Below, one piece after another: positions 52,522 through 64,000 of a stretch of DNA of 64,000 nt; within the stretch, counting starts at the first letter, position 1; every line of letters starts with the position of its first letter. The position numbers and the translations under genes are program-made. Under the pieces are notes generated by a model, which saw only the letters and a program-made list of their open reading frames with translations, was not told where the DNA came from and ran no database searches. This DNA is from Lingula anatina (Eukaryota; Animalia; Brachiopoda), in contig CM120640.1 of the NCBI GenBank assembly GCA_051362555.1, forward strand, positions 21,948,001-22,012,000. Reading direction: 5' to 3'.

Positions 52522-55500
52522 CAGATTTTTGAAGATTTTTTAAACATTTTTTCTAATTAATTTCCTCCCTTTATATTATTATTATTACCTTTCTACGAAT
52601 AGATTAAAATTTGTTTAAAAATATTCACATAATGATTGGATTAAGATGTACGTTGGTACTCTTTATTTTATTTGTCAGCTGGTCTGCAAATGAAGTAATC
52701 ATATATTTTCACTCATATTAGTTTTTACAACTGTGTCTGAATGTCAAGCAGAGGTTATATCAGTAGTTTGAAATTGGATGCACATGGAAATACCATTGCC
52801 ACAGAAACATTATTCCGTCCTTACATTTTTAACTAATATAGTTCATCTTGCTAAGATTAAAATGCAAATGACTATTTTAGATTTTGGTATATTTTTAATG
52901 TATGTTAATATTTACTATGTTAAATTGCTTTACATGGAATTCAACTTACCGAAAGAGGACTGTGATTTAAAAAATCTCTACTGTATAATATTGTCTAGCA
53001 TATTAAAATATATCCAGCAAAATGACAACTTTGGATATCAAACAGCTGTTAAGTTCTCTAGTGTGCAGTTTTTATAACAGAATTCATTCTATTTACACAC
53101 AGAGTCAAATATGCGTGTTATCTGTTACATTTTAATTAAAGTTTTATCAATTTATTCTTGTGATGTTAGAATTTTAAACCTCCGTCTGCTCATCACACAT
53201 TTCATTCACTACATCAGCTAGACATCTTTAACGGAATCTAGACAAGTTTTACAACATTGTTATCTATAATAAAAACAAAATAATCAAGATTACAGTAATC
53301 CAGTGTTCTGTCAGTCCTTGCATGACAACCTAAAGTAAATGCATCATGATGGTTTGAACACATCTAAAATGGTGTATCTTTGGTGCAATTTTAGTAGTTT
53401 TTACAATTATTCCCTAGGCCAACAAATCTCTCATGATAGGACGAAGAATTGGAATGCTGATCTGGTAATAATAACAACACAGACATGGGTGCAATACCAG
53501 CATTTATTTCCAATTTTGGGCATTCACATATGCACATCATAATGAGCTATAATTTGGTTGCATGGAACTCAAACACAAATGATGGAATGGAGATTATCAC
53601 AAGAAATTGGTGTGCCAGAAAGTAGCTAGCAACCAGCTTTTATCTCACATGCACTTGAATCCTTTTTATTATTTGATCAGCCTGGACTAGAATCCTACAC
53701 ATATCTCCAATTTTTGGTGATAATTCTCATTGCACATCTTGAACATTAAGTCGAAGTATACCATAAATTAACTGAATGCAATGTCCTATGCACTTTCCGA
53801 TAAACAAGTACAAGTTGATCTATCTAGGATGCCATCACCTTAGTACATTCACACATTAAATGTTACGAAATATCTAGTAACTGTCTAACAAGTTTTTCTA
53901 TTACCTATGAAGTATCTTTTTCATTAAAATCGACTTTGACTGTGCTTCATAAACGTACTGAGAGATGTTAATCTGAAGTTCAAGGGTGTACATTTCATAG
54001 TTCCCACTGGTCCTCTAGCAAAGGAAAAATTGTAAAACATAGCAAAAAAATCTAGCAAACAATACCATGCAATAAACTGGTTTAGTATGATGAACCATTA
54101 AACAATATCTGCACTTAAATATGGCAAAAATATCATGAAAAAGATACAAAATAAAAGACAGACTTACAAAAATTATAGCCGTTTTCCCCCATATTGTCTT
54201 GAACCCCCTTTGAGACATTTCCAATATACTTATTTAACAGTCAAGATTGACGTTTACAAATCCCCCCACCTTAGAGACAGCATTCTCTGTCCTGCTTCAG
54301 TGTCTAATAGGCCATAAAATAACACCATGGGGACTGGTTGGTGGGAGATAAGTGGTAAATGTGACTTTAAGGTTTGTAATTGTATTCTTTAAGTGGCAAG
54401 ATGGAATGTGATTAGATTTCAGAAACTCAAGGAAGCGGTGAATCTTGAAGATCTTTCTAAATGCAATATTCATGTCTGGCTGTGTGGAAGATCAATAAGC
54501 TCACAAGCAATGCAAACGGATGTGGAGAATGCTGCAAGCTTAAGGAAATCAATACTCTCTTCACAGTATACTGGGATCTCCAGAAATCATACTTTGTAAA
54601 ATTATCCTTGGCTATTTTTACAGAGAATTTATATATATCAGAAACCTTAATCAATATTTTTCTCCCATCAACATTATCATATAACAGGATTTCCATAACT
54701 CTCTTTAGTCTATAAATTAGTTAACTTATTAATAACACTGTTATCCGACACCTCCCTTTTTCTTCCAAAATGCAAAGCTTGGTCCAAAAACAGAAACCTC
54801 TGTCTTAAAAGTTTGTTTAAAGCTGTGGTGACATATTGACAAGATTATCTTCATCCTTTAAAAGAAAACTTCTACCTTAATTACATAAACTATAAACACT
54901 ATTATTATTCTAACAGAATGCATTACACAAAATGTCATAAAACTTCTTAATATATAGTCAGCTGTTGAAATGCCGCTAACTGGTTAGTGAAATATCCAAT
55001 TTCTTATTGTAAAACAACTGCAACTTGGGGATGCTCTAAAGGCATCTATTTATACCTACATGTAAAAATTGCACATATAAATCATTAAAGACTTTGCTTA
55101 CTTATCCCTTCACATACATGTAAGTATTAAAGCACCACACTTCTGAATTAATTGAATCCTCTCCCCATTCATCTTTCCAAATTGTCATGCCCATGTATCA
55201 TTTTGTGAATAGAACACAATGATCTAACAGGGAATATGACACAATGAACACAGCTGTATAATACAATTATTTCACCCCCACTTATACATTCTGTTAATGG
55301 TCATGTAGTTAAATGCAGCAAAATGTAGAAATGCAGCACAATTGAACAAAAGAGATACAATAAAGCCTCCTTACTTGACAGAAAAAAATCAATACTTCTG
55401 ATTTAACAAATAATTTCATATCTCACCAAAGGGATACTCTAGCAGCTGTCTAAATGCAAACCCAACTAAGACAAATCAACTTTAAAAAACAACAATGCCT

Positions 55501-56392
55501 AAATTATATTTCACAACCATAACAGTAAGTTTAAAAGCTGTGTGGAATTCTTGGACCATTGTACCCCAAGGAATGACATATGCCAAGCATAGAAGAGTAT
55601 GCCAAAAAGAGATTTATATAGATATAGATATAGTTATACTTAGATATATATATACAACAATGGGTGTACAAATAGTTTCAATATACTTGGTGGAATGTGC
55701 TTACTCTGGGGACAGGGATTTCTAACTCACGATACCTAGCATGGATTAATTTGCAAGTATGGTGTCCAATACATTTGAAAATAATAACACACACTACATT
55801 CTATAAAATTCTATCACCTGATATTCCACAAAACTAATGCTGATACAACATTTTAGGTACCAGAATAGCCAAGTAAATGAAGGGAGTTGTAATATGCCTC
55901 CGAATATTTGGGACAGGAATAAATTCACACGACCTGAAGACATAAGCACACTGGAATAATTGGTATTCATGTATTACGTTCATTTTCTTTTCTGAAAAAA
56001 TTTACTGACAACACTATACTGGTTAACATGAAATGGTTCAAATTTTCCCTTTTGCGATTAAATGATAATGATTACAATTGTCAGAATTAAAGACATATAT
56101 ATTTTTACTTTGATTGCACTTAATTGTGGCTAGAGGTACATGTGAGGGCAAGTTAATTTTTCTCAAATATATACAACACTGATTCTCTACCCTTCCCCCC
56201 AACCCACCTCTTGTCAACTTGAACTGCATTATATATTCCCAATTTTCATGTTAGCCCAATGAGTGAATATAAATAGTTCTCTATCTGTACAACTGTCCGT
56301 CCCAGTATATGAGAATTCTATCAACATAATCCCCATGGAGGCCATTCCTCTCCCTCCCACTGTATCTGCCTCTGCCCTGACCATATAGTTAT

Positions 56393-59283
56393 TCAGCACT
56401 GGCAATTGCTAGCCTGCTGGTTTGGTGTTTCTGTAAGTCTGGTGCCTCCTCTTTGGTTGCTGACAATTGTGGGGTCTGAATCCAGACTCTCAGACATTTT
56501 CTCGCAGATGATGTCTACTAGGCGCTCAAAGACTGCCTTCACATTTATGTTCTCCTTGGCAGATGTTTCAAAGAACTCCAGACCTAGAGGAAACAGAAGA
56601 AAAGTGTATCTTTATTGGAAATGATCATTCTTTCCAACCCAAAATGCTATGTAAAAACCAATGCTATGTAACAGCAAATCATGTTTATTCTCATAAAATT
56701 TAGGCTATCGGAACAATTTCTTTGATGGCACAAAGAATGATTTTACATCAAGAGCCTACATCGATATAGCTATAATGAATGTGAGATAGTTGTGTGAAAT
56801 CGTTGAGACAGCAGTCCAACAAATTACATTAGTATTGACAAAGCAGACAAACATTCTCAAATGACAGCAGATGAGCATATTTGAAGGATTTAACATGGGC
56901 TGAGGTTCAATAAATTGTAGCAGCACAGCAGGAGTAGAAAAACCATTGTTACAACAAAGGGAAATATCACAAGAAAAATTGGAGTTTGATTGAACATTGC
57001 AGCTGTTAGGTAGTCATTTACATAATACCATTTAGATGGAACAGGCAGCCATTCTTTCCTAGGGATATGTATACAACATGCAAAAACATAAAGGAACAGT
57101 GTAGGGAATGAACAACACTGTGACTGTCAGTTAGGCAGCATCTCCAGTAACTGAAAATAAACTAGGTTATCATACACCACAACAGAATGGTTTGGGTTAG
57201 TAATAAAACAAGAAAGAACACTTACCATACAGTACATACAACCAGTTAGTCCAAGCAGGGGTTCATAACAGTCACTTAAGTACGTTCATACTTATGTGCA
57301 AACTAAGTCTAAAGCAGTGCGGTGCATACATGCTAAGCCAGGCTACAGAGAACTATGTAAAAGGAATACCATACACCTAAGTCCACTGGGATTATTACAT
57401 TTCTAAGTAAAAAGGCAACATTTCTACACAGGCCCAGTGTAAGATATTTGTTTCCAAAGCACCCTAAAGTAGTGTAATAATGGAAACTTTAAATGTGGTT
57501 ATCAAGGGAGATGTTGCCTTTCTTGTTGGTCATACACAACATAGTCCATTAAACTGTTACAATATATATCATCAGCACTGAACAGTCAAACCTGTCTGAA
57601 TCGATTTAAATAACATCAACCTAAATGTCATGAGATTCTACCCAAAATAATTTGTTTACATAAATTGTGTGCTCTCAAAAAGGTTCAACAAGTGAAAAGT
57701 TACACCTCAAAAATTCAGACATTGTAACAGTTTAATGCATTGTCTGCATCCCATTGTTCCTGACCACTTTGGGATCCCAGTCACCTACCCAGCTGGTCAG
57801 CCAGCTGTTTGCCTCTCTCAGTGGACACTACCCTCTCATCCTCCAGGTCACATTTGTTGCCCACTAAGACCACCTGTGCATTATCCCAGGAATAGGTCTT
57901 GATTTGTGTCACCCTAGATTGAAGAGAGTTAAGATGTGAAACTAAAACAAAATCACACGCACGCCACACATGTGGGAGGAAAAGACCCTTGAAAATGCAC
58001 CACACCAGCACACACTACATTGTCTGTATGCACTAACCACCTGTCTAGAGCCATACCTAGGCGGTGTGCGAGCTGCATTCCTCGCTCAGTTGTGACCACA
58101 CGCTCCTCCTCTAGGTCGCTCTTATTGCCCACTAGGACAACTTGTGCGTTATCCCAAGAGTACATCTTTATTTGTGTGCACCTGGAATGAATAGTTGACA
58201 GCATATGCAGGAAGTTGGGTGCGTCATGACACTACGTCTATCAACCAAACCCAGAAGTGCAGGGGCAAGAGGAACAAAAATACATTTAGTTGCGCATAGG
58301 CAGCTATAGACTTAACTTGTTGACTTCCAATAATAAAAGGCAATAACATGAATTATATTTAAATCCACTTCCTGAATACACTTTGTGATATTCAATCTGT
58401 TTCCTTGCGAGAAAACCAATTTGGCTGTCAAGTAGTCTATGTGATTTATTGATGTGATTTTATTCCTCCCACTGCTGCTCACTGCTTCAAGTGCACTACT
58501 AACTCCACTACAGCATGCCGTGTGCTGCAGCTAGCAGGCTTGCAGAAGCCAGACTAACTATATGGGTAGAGTGGTGTGTTCATTCCTACCTAACTGGTCG
58601 GCAAGTTTTTGACCATGTTTTGTTGTGACATTGCGTTGGTCCTCAAGGTCACATTTGTTGCCAACCAAAATTACTGAAGTGTTAGGCCAGGCATGTGTTT
58701 TAATCTGTGTACACCTGTGTGTCCAACAAAGAAAGACATAATGAAACCAAGAACACAAAATCAAACTAACATAATGGGAATATTAAAGATGTAACACCTT
58801 GATAAAGTAAAGCTGTTAAAGTGTTTACTAACATAAATGATGTAAATGTACAAATTTCTCTTCAGAAAATGATGAAACAAGTAAAGCAATTGAAAAGCCA
58901 CTGCAAAAGAAATAATTATATATAATACTGCAATACTAGTAAATTTGTAAAACTTTGGTGCCACACAATTAACTTCATTTAAATCACTCTTTTATTATCA
59001 AAAGTCAAATTTACTTAAATTTATTATTAAGAAGACTTCCTTTATCAAAATTCTGTTACGACATAATTCAAAAATTCATATCCACTTTGTCAACATTAGT
59101 ATTACTAATATAATTAATTTTAAATACTGATAATTCATATCATAACTGCCATAGTCTATCTTACCAGTCTTGCACAGCATTAAAAGACTCCTCATTGGTG
59201 ACATCATACATGAGGATGAAGCCCATAGCACCTCTGTAGTATGCTGTGGTGATTGTCCTGTATCTCTCCTGGCCTGCTGTGTC
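56393..59283 (-). CDS. RAB3: Ras-related protein Rab-3, 3' coding part. First coding exon not found in the window, presumably beyond 64000.
   Basis: Exon 59283-59165 encodes [40 protein letters not shown]. One 125-nt alternative exon follows. Last exon 56583-56393 encodes [38 protein letters not shown]...SNCQC*, ending in a CXC prenylation motif. Confidence 0.95.
57789..57913 (-). CDS. RAB3: Rab3 alternative exon C (125 nt, canonical type)
   Basis: atctag|G GTG ACA CAA...CAG CTG G|gtaggt. Encodes [41 protein letters not shown]. Confidence 0.92.
58057..58181 (-). CDS. RAB3: Rab3 alternative exon B (125 nt)
   Basis: ttccag|G TGC ACA CAA...CGC CTA G|gtatgg. Encodes [41 protein letters not shown]. 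Confidence 0.88.
58590..58714 (-). CDS. RAB3: Rab3 alternative exon A (125 nt)
   Basis: acacag|G TGT ACA CAG...CAG TTA G|gtagga. Encodes [41 protein letters not shown]. Confidence 0.85.
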
Positions 59284-59513
59284 CTAAAATGATAGGGGAA
59301 GGGGTATGAATCAGGATAAAATTACAAGCACAAATTTGCATGCCTTTTCTTTAAACCTGATTCTCTCATGATCTGACACAAAAAATGGTTAGTATGAAAT
59401 ATCTTCATCATCATCATCATCACCATCATTCGCCTTTGGATGGAATGGCAGCAGCAACAAGTTCATAAAATGCAAAAATTAAAATAACTTAGTTGAAAAA
59501 CAAACATAATTAA

Positions 59514-59850
59514 AGGGATAATAACTCTTCGTATGAGATCTATATTTCACAATAAAAACATTGTGAATAACTCAAAGAAATATAATATATTCTGTTTTAC
59601 GACAAAAACAGCAGTTATAGCTATTATTCTGATATCTGAGCTTGTCTTCAGACAACGTGACCTCCATTGATGGCTATACTCTGTTATAATCTCTTAAGAG
59701 ATTTTAACAAAAAAATCAAACTTTTTAGAAAAAAACCAGGGACTAACTTTGAATGTAAAAATGGCTTTTTTAACCATTGGTAAGTATGGGAAAATTGCTG
59801 TTAACTTCAGGAAAATTCATTTTTGGCCAAAACGAAGAGTTATTATCCCT
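59514..59850. mobile_element. Kolobok-like MITE (TTAA TSD, 19-bp perfect TIR) in a Rab3 intron
   Basis: TTAA|AGGGATAATAACTCTTCGT ... ACGAAGAGTTATTATCCCT|TTAA. Confidence 0.8.
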
Positions 59851-61685
59851 TTAACATAATAAATCAAAGTTATTTTTTTGGGATTTCTTGGTGTGTCTCT
59901 TGGCCTGACAGAGTCTGAAATGCAGGGGTTATAAATATAGTTCTCACATATCTAGTCATTACACTTATGAACTATTTATAACATTGAGTTCACATGGGGA
60001 GTTCCTAAATAATGATCTCAAGTCATTACTTAATTCATGATCATCCTAGCAGTTTGACTACAAAAGTTTGAAGTAATTACAGAAGTTTAATGTAATAGGT
60101 TACAGCATGAGGTAATGCAGCCAACTTGCAATGTAACACAACACTCTACCCAAATGTAATGTTTTACAGCTCAGTTCCGAAAAAAAGTCAAAGGGTCACC
60201 AGTCTGAGAGTGGGGAAAAAACACCTACTTGTAGATAATAACTGGTGCTATTAAACGGGCACCATGTCAAACGTTTGTTTATCATTAGTGCAAAATAGTC
60301 CATCAAAGACAGCTTTGTTACTAAGAAACAGCTATGTCTTTTTATATCTTTCTGCTTCAATTTTCCTTTCAACCAAATATATGAGGATGTAATTATTTTC
60401 ATAAAAAGTTTTCCTTTAATAGTTAGCATCAATGGTAACCGTACCGTTCATATAGCCCCTTCAATTTATGTCCTATTTTAATACAACTTCTTTTAATGTC
60501 AAATTATTTTAAATATGTCTGATCTGTATCTTTCTCAAACAAAAACTAGCAACTATTCCACTGTCAATTATATCTTCCAGATTTTTATCATGATTTGAAA
60601 CACACTATAATGACAGCTAGGATAATTTAACACGTTTATCTTTAAATCAAGTCTGGATAACATCAGAAAGCCATATGACAACTCTATGATTGCTGGTTTT
60701 CATAGACTGTAACCTTAAAATGTGAAGACATTATCTAGACTGTGTGCATTAAGCGCCTCTTTAAATGAAGAAGCTTCATGATGCAACCATGGCAACTGTG
60801 TTAAATGTGATATTCAAATTCTTAATTGCACTTAAGACATCAATTTAGGATCTCCTTAAATAATTAAGAAACTCAATGTACATCACTTCTGAAGGAAATG
60901 CAGACTTGGAAGGAGAAAACCATGCTCCAGTAAAACAAGGACATATTTTAACTACAGAGAAAATCACTTGTTTCACAAAGGAAACTGATATGTATAGATG
61001 CATATTTAATACGCTTAAAAAATCAATATATAGGTAAAATAGAATTCTTGAAGAGATTACACCTTTTTGCATCATTATGAGAGAATACTTCATTTTTTTG
61101 TGGTGAAACAAGATAGACCCTACATTTTAAAGGACAGGAGGTGAAGCAGAACACTAATGGGTAGATCCAGATAACTTCAGCAAACCAGGGACACCAAATT
61201 AGGATGTCACTCACCCATTGTGTATTACAGGCTTTTTCTCCTATCTGATTAACCCAGGGGAAGATGAAGACTACAGACAAGATTTATTACACCCCTCAAA
61301 ACCATGCTTCTATAATATAGTGGGTGATAAAAACCTCTGGGGCTACTTTCACAGCATCATTCATGTGACAACACAAAGATAGTCACATGGAGAAGAATAC
61401 CATTGGACATACTTTAGTTACTACTTTTCATTTAAGAAAACCACCAAGAAAGAGGAATCTCAGCAACAGGAGTGAGTAAATACTGGATCAATTGAACTAA
61501 AATGATAAGGAATCTTAATATCTTGTGAGAGCTAAATTTAAATGTGGTTGTCCATGCTGCACAATATTCACATGGAAGAACTCACTGGAAAATGACTTGA
61601 GACTGAATGACCTTACCAGTTTCTGTTTCTCTATACTATGAAACCAAGCCACAAAAGTCACATGCTGTGACTTTTCAAGACAAAA

Positions 61686-64000
61686 ATGCGCTTCCACTTG
61701 AAGAAAGTTGTGAGGTTTGTCAGCCTGATTATTCTTCTATTTGTGCTGACCCAGCTGCTAAGTTATCAGGAGGAGGTTCTGTCACAGATTAATCCAACGA
61801 TAAATAAAAAAGAAAAAACACAATCCATTTCTGCAGAAAATCTAAACAATAATGACATTATCAATGCTAAGGAGAGATCACACTGCAAAGAACTTGAACC
61901 AATTAATCCTATGATAAGAGAGAGATTTATCTTCCAAAAGGTAAGCTCAAAACCAGACTACTTAGCTTTTTCTGCATTCTACAGTGATCAGCCAGGAGAT
62001 GCATACTTTCTAAGGATCATTGGAATAGGACGATATTTAAACAACAGGTTGGACAAGTCTGTGCCTTACCCACAGTACTGTCAACTGTGGTTCCAGAAGA
62101 AAGATGGAAACACCGTGAAGGTCTACAATGAAGTGGTGCCCACTGTGGTACAAATTATGCCAGAACAGAAGTCAAAAAAGTAAGTAAATTTTCTATTTGA
62201 ACATCTTAGTCCAAACTTTTATATCAATGTCAGTTTCCATTTTACACTTATAGCCAATGTAAAATGAACCAAATTTCAATGCGTGTGTTTCCAATTAAAT
62301 TGTACTAAGACTCTCTACATCTATATTGGACTTTATAGTTACCTATAACATAATGAAATAACATGATTTCAGTGCATGCTTATTAGCTGAAAAAGACCAA
62401 TTTACACATGATATGAGATACATAACTAAAATGCAGCACTACTAAATTATAATTAAAAATATTGCAACCCTTTATTATCATCCAGATACCCAAAAATGAG
62501 GTTTTTCCTGCATCTAATTATTTCATAATCCATCTATCTTTGTGCTGATTTAAAACAATAAAAATATAAAATATTGGCATTTATATTTGTCATTGCAATG
62601 TATAAGCATAGGCAACTAAAAGCTTTAAACTCAATTTAACATATGTCTATTTTGAGGTGAGATATCAATCGGTATGGGGCGTAACTTCCTCCCTGGACAA
62701 GATTTTATCACGAAAATTGGCAGAGTTGACCAGAAGTGTATAAGTTACAATCTCGTGCTGTTATTTTGGTTTAAATGTTTTTGTTAAGCCTCTAATTACA
62801 GATTTTCATCAAACAAAGGCTTTATTTTGCTTTATCAATGATAAAATGTGAACTAAGAATTTCAACAAAAATCAATGGCAGAGTTTAAGACTGCATTCCC
62901 ACATATTTTAGATCAATCTATCTCCGTGGGAACTCACTACATTACTGTCAGCTTAGCCGGCTTAAATGTCTGTCTCCCCTACTAAAATCTGTAAGGGGGT
63001 AATTAACTTCCGTGTGCACTCAGCTGACATCAATTTAGCTTGAACCCCCAGGGAGTTAGGTTGATCCAGATGGATTGATCTAAATCTGTGGGAATGCAGT
63101 CTTAGAGTACTTAATGGTATCATTAAATTGGCGTTAAAACAGTGATCGTGCTGCATAGGTAAAAGAGAAATATGAGAAACCAATTTTTCAGTCTTTATCC
63201 CAAAATCAAAAATATGACATCACCCTTAAGTTGACATATGTGCGAATGTTAATTAATTTAGTCACTGAACACTGAAGATTTATTTATTGCCCAAAAGAAT
63301 GTATGTAAGGTAGTAAATAAGGAGTTTTGGGTGAAGGATGACAGTATCCTTAATTAATTTAGTCACTGAACACTGAAGATATATCTTTTACCCTAAAGAA
63401 TGTATGTAAGGCAGTAAATAAGAAGTTTTGGGCAAAGGGTGACAATATCCTTAAAAATCATTTTATGAAATGTTTTTTCTAATCATGTGGTAAGTATTAT
63501 ATATATAAAATATAGACCAGGCTTTGACCACAGCTAGTTCATCTGTTAAATTGCCTCCTCAGAATAATGCAATTTCCTTCCACTAACATTAATCAACTCT
63601 GTTGGCAGCAGTTTTTAGATGAGGAAATGTTAACATCACAAATATCTGGAGTGAAACAAAAAGGAAATATTAACATCACAAGTATTTGGAGTGAAACAAA
63701 AATTTAAACCTAAAACCTGTTCACAAATTATCTAATGAGTTACATGTAGTGTTCATTTTGTAGATTTTCCAAAAAATCCAACTGATGACAATACATCTGA
63801 AAATAATTTCTGTATATTTTTCAGGTACCATCCCGTTCTTTACTTATGCTATGGCCCAAAGAATTACAAACTGAAAACAGTTCCATATGCTGTGTCTCTT
63901 GTGGACAGTAAATGCAAGAAGCCACTCAATTTCCTTAAGGTTGTCAATACCAAAGAAGAAGCAAAAGGAAAAACACAACTAGATTTCGGGGTTTGTGTCA
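61686..64000 (+). CDS. Type II membrane glycosyltransferase family 92 (DUF23/GALT-1-like), 5' part, running off the window
   Basis: Exon 61686-62179 has an N-terminal TM anchor, then LAFSAFYSD, LRIIGIG, YCQLWF and MPEQ. It splices in phase to 63825-64000+ (KYHPVLYLC...VPYAVSLVDSKCKKPLNFLKV...DFGVCV), a pattern typical of invertebrate GT92 N-terminal regions. Confidence 0.75.
63249..63454. repeat. Tandem duplication, 101-bp period
   Basis: TTAATTAATTTAGTCACTGAACACTGAAGAT...GACA.TATCC occurs twice. A further ~39-bp duplication lies at about 63630-63700. Confidence 0.85.

Noticed and set aside
52275-56392. Short ORFs between the membrane-protein gene and Rab3
   Set aside because: No motifs or consistent splice structure. 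The region is most simply convergent 3' UTRs (probably a long Rab3 UTR), whose ends cannot be fixed from sequence alone.
58285-58315. Additional complementarity between the Rab3 A-B intron and 57291-57311
   Set aside because: The match contains C-A mismatches on the transcribed strand and is AT-rich. It is plausibly chance, so it is not counted as a selector.
57789-58714. Alternative reading: the three Rab3 segments are separate paralogous genes or pseudogene fragments
   Set aside because: Only this exon is triplicated, the flanking exons are single, and all copies keep exact length, frame and splice sites.

Overview
AT-rich, intron-rich animal genomic DNA. A lophotrochozoan such as a mollusc is my guess from gene structure and repeat style, not something the sequence proves. 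Genes reconstructed by hand from GT-AG splice sites and protein motifs: thioredoxin (+), MMACHC (-), GILT/IFI30 (+), REXO1 (-), TUT4/7-type terminal uridylyltransferase (+), a Tctex1-domain dynein light chain (+), an uncharacterised multi-pass membrane protein with an RPxS-repeat tail (+), the 3' part of Rab3 (-), and a GT92-like glycosyltransferase nested antisense in a Rab3 intron. Several non-autonomous DNA transposons/MITEs sit in introns. The main finding is that Rab3 has three tandem, equal-length (125 nt) copies of one internal coding exon. The reading frame forces them to be mutually exclusive. A candidate intronic docking site can pair competitively with selector sequences downstream of the first two copies. 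Two head-to-head gene pairs (MMACHC/GILT and REXO1/TUT4/7) each have only about 300 bp between start codons.
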